Source: Marsupella aquatica
Lineage: Eukaryota; Plantae; Marchantiophyta
Direction: 5' to 3'
DNA: 64,000 bases
Assembly: GCA_973895155.1 (NCBI GenBank)
Contig: OZ316892.1
Coordinates: forward strand, 1,006,917-1,070,916
The position numbers and the translations under genes were made by a program. The notes under the pieces were generated by a model. That model did no database searches. It was not told the DNA's origin and saw only the letters and a program-made list of their open reading frames with translations. Numbering within the stretch: position 1 is the first letter of the stretch; every line of letters starts with the position of its first letter. This document shows positions 23,484 to 34,800 of this stretch, one piece after another.

Positions 23484-26400
23484 TGAGTGCATTTATGGTA
23501 ACTCATACACTCCAGAACAATGATGCTTCATAGTTTGTTCTTTCTCTCCAAACTCCACAACATCATCAACTACAGTAGACTAGAAGCCCGACCTCACCGA
23601 CCTCACAGCTCAAACCCAGCTGAGCTAGGATATGGCAATAGCAGTTGAATGAGAGAGTTGAATGAGAATACTCGTGGTTGTTTACATATATTTATACCCT
23701 GGCTAATCAATTTAAAAACAAGCACCTCCAAAACAATCGTGTGATGACAAGTGACGATAACTTTCATATAAAATTTGAATGTGAAAATCTTATTATTTTT
23801 CGCAAGTGTTGGTACCCTAGCATAGAAGCGAGGCACCCGAGTCCTAAATTTGGTTGTGAGACCGTTTCTTAAAGACATGGTCCACTCCCCATTCTTCTTA
23901 TTGTTTTTGGGTGTTCTTACATCTGCATTTGCTGATCTTACAATTTTCATGAGTTGGGAAACTTGAAGGGTGGGCAGAATAATAATTATCTGGTATAGCG
24001 AGGAATTTTAAACTTTTCATTTGTTAGTTGACATTTGTCCAAGTCCCACTACTTGTAATTGTGTTTTGAAATTTTGTAGACATGTCAGGATGTGATGATC
24101 ACTCTTGAGGTTCATCCAAGGCTAACCATTACAGAGACCGTGCGAAAGGGGTGCCAAAAGATGCCGAGTACAAACAAGTGGGAGAGTCTGGGCAAGCCAA
24201 GACCAAACAATCCCTTGGAGGTGGTTCCTATGGACCCCAAATTACATGTTAATGAAGAAAACTTATGAGATTTATATAGTCAATGGCTCTCCCCTCCCTG
24301 CCCGAGACCTCCCATTGGTCGTGAGTGGTTGTTCTGGGGGGATTCCCCCTGGTTAAAAGAAGCAGAAGAAGAAAAAAAAACCTTGATACAATTGGCAATA
24401 GAATGGACTTGGTCTTAATGTTGTCTGAAGGGCCCATCGCTTGGTGTGATTGTGTCAAACTGCATACAAGTTTCTGGTAAGAAGCGCTGATTGTGCAGTT
24501 AGCAAGAATTTCAAACAAAATAGGAAGATCAATCTATTAACAATTTCGGCTTTATGTTCCAGCATGAGATGTACTGGATTTTGAAAGGCTGTTGTTTAAT
24601 CAATACATTCCAAGCAATGAATAAAAGTGGGAGGCTACAGTTTCACATTTGTTCATTATCTATTGCATATTTAATACACTTTGACTAGTGAAACTTCCGC
24701 CCATTCAAAATTGGCGACAAACATGTGATTCACATGCATTTCAATAATTCTCTGCAAGACGGTGGCAAACTTGAAAAGAGTCTTTAAATTGCTCGTGGTT
24801 GGTAAGTGTAATCAACTTTGTTATGTAGACTAGACTTTTGAACGGAGATCTTTAGTCGGCGATGTCAATCAAAAAGTCTTTGAAATGTACTCTTTGGACC
24901 TCTCTTTCTTTGGACCACCTTTTCTTGCCTTTCATTGTACTTTGTGTTTTTTGGGGTATATAATCTTTGGTGACTTGTTTCGAGAGTTCTACTCTCTATT
25001 ATCACTCAGTAAAGTACCCAGCCTTCAGGGCAACCTGTTTGCAAGATGTCGGTACTGTTGGTCAAGGGAAACCACAGATTACAACAGTAACAGGTCATTT
25101 GTTCGTCGAAGTGTCATTCCAAGGAGTGTACTGTAAGTGGCGTCCCTTAAATTAAATATAAAATTGACTAGTTGTAAGTTGATCCACGTGAAGATTTTGA
25201 CAAGATCTTCAACTACGGGAAGTTCTTAAAACAATCTGTCTAACAATGCCCCGGCAGAAAGCTGCTGTCTAGTCCACTTTTCATAAGAGCGAGGTGTGTT
25301 TTAAAGTCTTTTAGATCAAGACAAGAAAAAACATTATTTTTTTGAGTATTTAGCCGGACAACATGTCAAAGATGGGATAGCAATAATTGTCCTGGGCTAA
25401 AATATGGCAGAGGTCAGACCGAGATTAATTTTGTCCATTTAGAACAGTGAATAGCTGATAGACTTGATTCCAAGCACAACACAACAATGCATTGTTCTCT
25501 CACTTTCCTGGGAGTCTGGGACAGCGTGTAGGCAAACTTAAGATTGCCATAATTGTCTGGGCTCATTTTATATATGTGCACTTGTCATGGAGCGGTCAGT
25601 TTCCTCCTTTTCGAGAGCATTGGTACCACACTCACAACATAAATGGCTTGTAACTTGAGAAAGAACTGTACATAGATAATTGATTTAATTCCGATCATCC
25701 CTCGTTCTGTTGCGAAAGCATTTGAAACTCCCCAGATTTTCGCTAGGCCAGTGTGTAAGGACGGAAAATGCTGGAATAGTGTTACTTTTGTGGCATCCAG
25801 GTGCAAAGACAAAGAGCAATGATGAATTTAACCCAAAAATGTTTTCCCCCGATTGAAGACACCGTCACACTCATTGTTGGAACACACAGTGACCAGAGAT
25901 TGAGAATATATGTGCGTCACACTCATTGCGTTCGCTCGCACACTGGCTTGAGAATTGAAACAATATAGCTGGCTCATGTGGAACATGATTAGTATTATTC
26001 TACTATAGAAAATATATGGGTCACGCTCGTCTTGTTAGAGTACGAATTTAGAGTCGAGAACAAAATTCGGAACTCCTGTTGTCAAAAGATACCGCCAATT
26101 GAAGGTTGAGAGTAAAATTAGGCGACAAGGGAAACATGACATTTCGTCTCCAACCTTCAATCTTCAAAACTTTAGTCCCAGATTCTCAAATTTGCCACAA
26201 AATAATCAACAGAAGCCTTTCTCCATCCCTGCTGTTGGTGAGCATGGTGTCTGCCTACTCTGGTGAGCTGTTATCCTACTAACTGTCCCTTGCAAAAAAC
26301 ATTTCATTATTTCAAACACAAAAAGAAATCCACCAGAAGCACAAGAGTACGTTGGCCCTGTGGGATGAGTTCATTGTATCCATGTTGGAAGGCCATGGAT

Positions 26401-28092
26401 CACAAGACTGTATGGGTCATGTATTTTGTAATTTTCATCTTTCTTAGCAAACCACTAATGGGTAAGTTATCACCTAGAATAGGATCTCCAGCCAGACCTT
26501 TACACTTGGATTGGATCCGAAAATACTATTTTTAAGAAGTTAAAGCCAATTGACTCAGTTTTGACCCCCCAAAAAGGCTACAGTATTTCAATCCAACACA
26601 TGTCATCCTACTTGTAATGCATGTTTCCACAGATCTCATTCACCTTAGAAATCCTACATCACAGATGAGCTTACTCTTCATTGAAAGAGGAAACACAATT
26701 TGGGCACTCAAGCCTCTGAAGAAGTCAAGAGCCACTGCGCAACCACAAAAAGAGCCAGGGAGGCTGGTGGTTGGCATGTCACATATAAACCTTCTACCTC
26801 CAACTTACCTTGCCAACTAAACTAGGCATTGAATTGCCAAAAGACGAAGCACTTTCTAACCAGTTAGCCCAGTGTTTGAAATCAGTGGACATCTTCTACC
26901 AAAACTCGGTGGTACACCCTGATGTCTACCAATAGTCTTGCAGATTGAGCTCAAAATGTGAGCTGATGTCGAGGAGGTAGCCAGACTACTGAGGGGCCCT
27001 GGTAATACGTGGTAGTACAATTTATTACCTTAAATTTATTGTGTCCATGTTGTTTATTGGGACCATAATGACCAAACATGGCACAAAAATGTCCATGTGA
27101 GATAAAGAATTGCAGATGAGGATTGTCATTCTGATCATGAGGTTGTTGGTGCAACAATACCCGGTTGTGTTGCACATAAATCTTGAGGAGAAGCAAAGAA
27201 CCACAAGTGTCACAAGGAAATGCTGTTGTTCCAACCGTGTCATTTTGTGGGTGCGTATGTCTTGTGTTTGGGTTGGATGGGTGCTGTTGGAGTTCTAAAT
27301 GTTATAATTTTTATTAGTTGTTGATATTGTGAAAATGTTTGTTTTTGGCACTGTGAGGGTGATGGCGAGGGTGCACAGATGCAAGGCGGATGACAACTTG
27401 ATAGGAGGGAGAATTTCTGATTAATTTTTGGGTTAATTTTATTTATTCTTCTTTTCTTGTTTTTTATTTATGATGTTTTGAAAAATTTCAATTTGAAAAT
27501 TATTTCAAAGTTTTTCATGACTGGAAGGAGTGGGCAGGGCAGCTTGGGCAGGCAGATGAGGGAGGAGGGGTGTCTGGGCAGATAAAATATGTTTGGTGAC
27601 CAGCTTGGATTTTCTCCCAGAGTCTTCCTTTTTGTGAACAAACAATCCCCATTTTGGGTGGATTATTTATTATACTGTTTGATACAAATCATGAAACAAT
27701 GTTCCTTTATAAAGTATAAATTATGTACCATTTTATCACATGGTTGGAGCACCTATGAGAAATACTGAATTTGTGTTTGTTTCAGCAAGATCCAAAAATA
27801 ACTTTCAAGTCTGTTGTCTATTGCGTAGCAGAACTCATAGGCTACTCCCTCAGAAAAGCCTTATCTACTGTACATCTCTAGTGCATTACCAGTGTTAGAA
27901 TAGATAGAGAAGAGCATATGATATCCTTTTCATACAGTGAACCATGGGAAAAAATTCATGTTCATGTTACATACGTTTTGGGGAATTGTGATGGGTTTGT
28001 AGAAGTCCAATATTCGCCAAACTTATAGGCTTCTATAGATGCTCTATTGGTGTAACATTGTATACCTTTGCATGTGTTATGTATAGTAGAAC

Positions 28093-28413
28093 TTTTTTTT
28101 TTTTGCCTTGAAAACCGAAAGCAGGCCCATCCAACAGAGGATAGACGTCCTGCTTTGGAGCATGCAGTTCTATGTAGGGCAGCCACAAGGGGACAATACC
28201 CAAGGATCCGACAGGGACCCAGACCAGGAGGGAGAGAGGATTAAACCAGAACCCAAAGTGGGCAACCAGGGCTGAGAAGATAATCAATACTCCCACCATT
28301 ACACCCCACCCACACACACACACATACCCTCCACACCCCTTATGTGTGGAGGGAGGATTGAACCTGGGACCTCTCGGTTCTAGGCTCATCCTCTGGCCAA
28401 CTGACCAAAGCCA
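28093..28413 (-). mobile_element. tRNA-derived SINE (~320 bp)
   Basis: On the - strand the head has an A box (TGGTCAGTTGG) and a B box (GGTTCAATCC), followed by a (TG)n tract and a poly(A) tail. TSD TATGTATAGTAGAAC(TTTT) at 28078-28092 and 28414-28428. Confidence 0.9.
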
Positions 28414-29432
28414 TATGTATAGTAGAACTTTTGTCCCGAACAGTGTGTTTGACTATCACTTTTTCCTCCAATCGTACTGAAGTTGTCTCAAAGCCATCTG
28501 CAAGCCCACTATTTAATATCTAATTATATCCAGGATCCCCCTCATGAGGATAATTCAACATGAGAATTTTGAACGAGGAAAATTGAATGAAATCCATAAA
28601 AATACACTACAATGATGACACTATTGCAACACTTATGAGGCCTCGGGGGTTGAGGTCCAATACCTTCACGACACTGTTGCAACAGTTCGGAGGCCTCGAG
28701 GGCTGAGGCTTCCACTCATTGACACGAAACAGTGGCCCCTCATTATTGCTAAATAATGAGCTAGAAATGGTCATGATTGTGCTTTACTGCCAATCATGTA
28801 CAGAACTTTGACCTCTAAAATGAGAATGAGGTTCTTCAAGCAATCGATAGCTTAACTTAAATTCAACTCAGGACCATTTGTGCAGGGACCATCAGATAAT
28901 CGTATTAAGATTTCGAAGGGGCCCCCTTTCAGCGTATTTTCTAAGGATTTTGATTTTTTGCCAGACCGGCTATTTCTCCAAGTGTAGAGGTGGGGGAGGT
29001 GGCTACTGGAAGCGGCCGACCATAGTTTTTAGTGGCGAACCACATGATTAGCGAAGTGGTTCATTACTGGCGAATGATGTTAACTACAGTCGCAGTAGCT
29101 GCGAATGCAAATTGCCGACTGTAGTGGGAGATGGCGAATGAGGTTCAGTGCAGTCGGCCGACTGGCTAATGCAAGATTTGCACTGGTGTGGGAGATGGCA
29201 AAAGAGGAAGTGACAAAAATGGCCATCAAGAAAACGTCAAGAATTTCCACTACGGAGGGGAATTGAACCCGTGACTGTGTGCACACAGTCCTTCCCAGAA
29301 GCCGAAGTCCCCCTACACCCCTAGCCTATGAAATCTAATCCCCACTAAGACATCCATCACAAGAAACACATAATTATCACATATCAGCTTGCTTCTAAAT
29401 GTACTCGGTCTTGCATACACATTTCAATCCCT

Positions 29433-31829
29433 CTAACCAACGACTCCACGCCTTTCCTCCTCCAGCCAATGTGTAATGGCATCCTGGAATGGGAAATCAT
29501 CTAAAGAGAAAAACTTCTGAGTAACATATGCACCGTGCAATCCAAATGACTCCCCAATCTGTTCCTAGGCTTACTCTTCACAAATGACATAGTGGAGAAA
29601 ATTTGTTCATCCTCCACTGAACCTGTCACCATGACCACAGCAATTTCCACAAGCTTCAACCACTCCCCCATCTTTGCCCGAATCAAAGGATTCGCCCCCA
29701 ATCTCTTCCATAGCCGTGTCATGGGATTTTTAATGTCAGCGATAAACTCTTGCTCTCCCATTACCTTGGCAGCATTCGCCTCCATGGTTAGCTTGAAAAA
29801 ACTTTGTTCGTCTCGCAGCAAGCTCTAATTGAGAATAGGATCAATGACAGCACTGTCCTCACCTGATTCACCTGAAGGCACGGGAAATCGCCTTTGGTTC
29901 ATAGAAGTTTGTCTTGATCACTTGAAGGTACCAGCCAAAATTCTCCTCTGCATCGTCTCTGTCCCAATACTGTGGATGGACTATGCCCAAAGTGTTCAAC
30001 ATGTCAACGTTAGGAAACCATGTGTCAAACAGCTTAATCAACTTTGATGTTGCTTCTTTACACTGATTCTTCACAGTATAAACAACATGGTCGAATGCAT
30101 GTTGTGTAACGAACAAGTCATGCCCAAGAATCTCATCAAACCAATGGGTCGGATAGGTGTGGTCACCAATTCCAAAGGAGAGATACTCCATGCTAGTCTC
30201 CAAATCAGTCATCCACTCATGACTAACAGTTTGTGATCAACCAGCTACAATCTCCTGAAATGTATGAAATGCCCAGGGCTGGCCTAATCCACGAAATAAC
30301 AGTGCAATTCTGCCTGATGTACCTTTACAGCACTAATGAAATCTTGGATCATGACATCCCTGGATTGGGCAAACACAATCAGGTCATGCACAGATTTCAG
30401 CAAAGGCAATAAACATGGCAAGGATGTGAACGTCTCCAGGTCCAATAATAGCTGCCTTCGCATTGGACTTTGCAGTTGCAAGTGTGGCCTCATCTGTAGA
30501 TATTTGCACAACAAGTGTCTTGTACTCACATAACACACTCTGCAAGGGTTGTAGAAGGGAAATCCATCGAGTCTTGCTGTTCCGTTCAATCTTCCGGCCC
30601 TCGGTCTCCAACTCAGCAGCTAGCAGTTGAAACTCTAGTTGTTGTTTGGGGCTATGATCAAAATATGAATGCAGGCTGGAGACAAGGGCCTCAGTCTTCT
30701 GTACAACTGGCAAGGAGTCCAATTTCTCCACACAGATGTTAGTCCTGTGAGCGCAACAATGCAAGCCAGTCATGAATGGAGCATGGTGTTTCTGTATGCA
30801 AGCCAAAACCCCTGTTTGATGCCCTTGAAAAATGGCAGCTCCATCTGGTCCAAAGCTCACTAGCTTTGAAGCTACTTCTTTCCAGCCAAGATTACCGCAG
30901 TCTCTAGTCAAGGACTCCACCACATGCAGTAGCAGTCAAGTTCATAGCATCAGTGCCATTGGTCAACTTTTGCAAGGACAGTAGAAAAGGGATTCGTTCC
31001 CACCCTCTCATCACATAAACATGAATGCTTATCCATGTAGTGTTGTCAATGGCAGTTACCTCATTGGCAGACACTGAGATGTAACGAGCTCCAAAACACC
31101 ACTCCCGAGTCTTCAAGCAAATGATGTGGAAAATGCTCTCTGCCATTCCCAAGCCTGAACTCATGCTCCAGTGTGTGGTCGGTGTCTCTAGAACCCTTAA
31201 ATGTTGAAACAACTTCAACATGGCTTCATAGTCAGTCACGGGACGTCCCAACATAAGCAAACTAAAAAGAACAAAAAATTGGACTGCCTTTCAAGACTCA
31301 CTGCCTCTTGAATCTGCCGATGGATGGGGTCTTGTGGTAGCCGCAACAACTTCTCATTCTTCTCATGTTGAGTAGTACCGAAAAAATAGAAGGTGCCCTT
31401 TGCATACTTCTTGCCTTGGATAACCATGGCCTTCTCTGCACGCCTCCTTCCAGCATGTTTCCAAAGACCATCAATCTTTGGAACATATAGCTTTTCCCTC
31501 CCTTCAATCTTAGTGCAGATTGTGCACCGCACTTGGGTGACCACCCTTTCTATGTCCACCGTAGCTGTTGTCGCCTAGGGATGAATAGCTGCCCATCCAA
31601 GCTGGAAGTGGGACTTCATCTCATAGCTACGCTTCCGCATCTTGGTCACTTTTTCAGCCTTCACATCTTCAAGAATCACAACATTGGGGTCTACACCGTC
31701 TGCCTTGCTATTGACAATCTCATTCTCAATCGGAGAAGCACTTGGAGACAAAGACCTAGAGCCATGAAAGACAGGGGAGCCATTAAGATTGCAAGGCTTC
31801 AAACAATTACTCAAAAAGTACTTAACCAT
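29433..31829 (-). pseudogene. ZNF862-like hAT transposase pseudogene; 5' part continues at ~37703-37990 beyond the Copia insertion
   Basis: Motifs ISVSANEVT (DE-like), SFGPDGA, HCCAHRTN, KTRWIS and GSVEDEQIFSTMSFVKSKPRNRL (dimerisation domain), split by multiple stops and frameshifts. Confidence 0.9.
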
Positions 31830-34800
31830 TGTTGTAATAGACAACTAAAGGAACGCTCAAAGATACTCCAACAAGATAGATCCATTACTATTGATGAGGG
31901 GATATATATATCCCCTTGGTTACATGGTAGGCAAATGCCCTTATACTGGTCCTATGGTTAGGAGTTCTCATACTATGGTTAAGGGTTCTCGCCCTATGGT
32001 TAAGGGGTAAACTAGGGTTTACAACACTCCCCCTTGGTTAGTTTATGGAGGAGCATAAAGTAACCACATCTCTTGAACCTAGGGTATAATCCGGTTTAGG
32101 GGTCCACCTGTGTGATGTAGCCTCATTAAAACCTCGCCGCTTTCTTCTCGAGGAAAGAGTGCTACCATCACTTATATAGGTGGTTTCCCATATCTAATGT
32201 CCTGGTTAAGCCTTTTTGCCATGTCTTAGTTAGTGTTAATCGTATGTGCTAAGTGGGGTTATGTGAATGTTCCTAATGGGTGTCTAGTCTCCCCCTCAGC
32301 TCGTTGCCTGGTGTGCGCCTCGTGTTGTTCTTCATGTCGTTTTGCGTATTGCGCTTCGCTTCGTGTTGTGCTTTGGGTTAGTGAGGCCAAGTCGGGCGTT
32401 TTTGCGTTGGTTTGCGTTGTTTCACGTCGGGGATGTGGTGTGGCGCTCGCCGAGTGTGGTGGTCGGGCATCTGGAGGCGGCTTCATCGGGCGACAGCTTC
32501 GTCGTTGGGTAATCCTTTCGAGCTTCAGTGTTATGAGGTGGGCTTGATCGTGGACAATCTGCTCATGCCTATGCCTTCGAGGTGCGCTCTGTGCAATCCG
32601 GCTGGTAGTGGTTTCGTAAACATGTCTGCTCGATTGTCCTGAGATTTGATCCATGCAACATTGATACTTTTCCCTTGTTGTTCTTGCGTGAAGAAATACT
32701 TGGGGTCAATATGCTTGGTCCTCTCGGTCTTCAGGATTCCGTTGGTTATCTGGTCGATACACGCCTTATTGTCTTCGTAGATTGTGGTTGGCTCTGTTAT
32801 CTGTGGTTTACCGGTGCTGGACCTAATATGATTGATAATGCTTCGTAGCCATACAGCTTCTCTGCACGCCTCGTATAACGCTATGATTTCCGAGTGGTTG
32901 GATGACGTTGTGGTCATCGTTTGCTTTGAACTTCGCCAAGATATTGCTGTCGTCCCCTGTAAGAACACGTACCCAGTCTGTGATTTGGAGTCCTGGGGGT
33001 CCGACAGGTAGCCGGCATCAGTGTAACCGGTAAGCGTATCGGGGCTATTCTTAGGAAAGAATAGTCCAAGGTCGATCGTCCCTTGTAGGTATCTCATGAT
33101 CCTCTTGATGCCGTTCCAATGCCTGATGGTGGGCTGTGCGCTGTGTCTCGCTAAGAGACTGACGGCGAACGATATGTCAGGTCTCGTCTGGTTCGCTAGA
33201 TACATAAGGGCGCCCACCGCTGATAGGTACGGTTTTTCTGATCCCAGTATGGGTTCGTCTTCTTGGCGCTTCCGAAACATATCTTTGATCGGGTCTAGAG
33301 ATCTGAGTTCCATCGGGGTGGAGACAGGGTAGGATTTCTGCATGTTGAATTGATGAAGTATCTTCTGCGTGTATGTCGATTGGTAAAGGAATATGCCTGT
33401 TTCTAAGTGTTCGATCTGCAGGCCTAGGCAGTGGTTGGGTCTTCCAAGGTCCTTCATCTCGAAGACTCCTTTCAGTGTATGTATTGTGTCTTTCATCATC
33501 TGTTTAGTCCCGAATAAGTTCACATCGTCCACGTACAGTGCTAGTATCAGGACTTCGTCCATATGCTTTTTGATGAAGATGCAGGGGGCCAGTCCGCTAT
33601 TTGTAAATCCGAGGGCGAGCATCTCTGTCTGGAATTTCTGATACCAGATTCTGCCGCTCTGTTTAAGTCCGTTGATGGAACGTAACACTTGGACTGTAAG
33701 TTTTGTTGTTAATTTCTTTCCTCTGGTATGCATTGCCTGTGTATTTCCACTTTGCATCAAGAGGGCCTTTGTATCCCCATCAGGTATTATTTGGCTGATG
33801 CCCTTTTTAATCTCTGTATTCAGGTTCTGGGACGTCTCCCCCTGAATGTGCTGCTTGACCCTCTCTATCAGTTCCGGGGGGGCAGTCATGTATATCTCAG
33901 TATCGAGTGTGCCGTAAAGGTACGCGGTTACCACGTCCATAAGGTTATTAACCAGTTTATGGTGGACTGAATGTGCTGTGAGATAGCGATATGTAGTAGC
34001 GTCCATTACTGGTGAGTATGTTAAATCGTAGTCCCTGCCCGGGATTTGTGTGTAGCCTTTGGCTACTAGCCGGGCTCGATATCTTACTACTATGCCTTTC
34101 TCATTTCGTTTTTTCAAGAATGTAAATCGAGAGTCGGTGTAATGTGTACCTGGTAATGCCATTTTAAATGGTCCGAATACTTGTCGCTTGATGAGGGCGT
34201 CCATCTCGGTATGTATTGCTGCTTGCCACTTTGGCCAATCTGGTTGTTTCTTTGCCTCGTTTATAGTGAGCGGATCAGGAATATCGTTGGTGATTTCCTG
34301 TATTACGTTATAGGCAAATTGTTCATCAATTTGGGTTGTCAGTCGTTTATATATGTTACCTGTTTGCATGTATGTGATTGACATTTCCTCGTTTTCTTCA
34401 CTCAGTGGGTCGTTTTGATTTATCGCTGTCACGTTAAGTGTGATCGCTGGTTCCAGCGCGGGTGTACCCAAGTTTGCTGCTGGAGTTTTACGTTGGCGAG
34501 GCTGGGAGTCCTTGATCCCTGGTGGTCTGCCTCGCTTTGCTCTGGGGGCTGTTACATTGGCCGGTGTCGAGGAGGTTTGTACTCGCGATGGCGCATTAGC
34601 TGCTAAGTTGTGGGATCTTGTGACATTTGCAGCGTCGTTAAATGAGTCTGGAATCTTTTCGAGCATTTCATGTAGGTGGAGAAGTCTTCTGACTTCTTCG
34701 TCTGCCTGCTTGGTTCTGGGGTCATTTCTGTTTTGGTCTGCTTTCCAATTTATGGGCATTTTCGTTGTGTCCTTGGATTGTGTTGATGCTGTATTCGTGA

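Noticed and set aside
24285-24385. GC-rich segment ending in an A-rich tail, possibly a retroposed fragment
   Set aside because: No TSD or Pol III boxes found.
26098-26161. Short imperfect inverted repeat ATTGAAGGTTG...CAACCTTCAAT
   Set aside because: Only ~11-14 bp with a long loop; compatible with chance or a decayed MITE.
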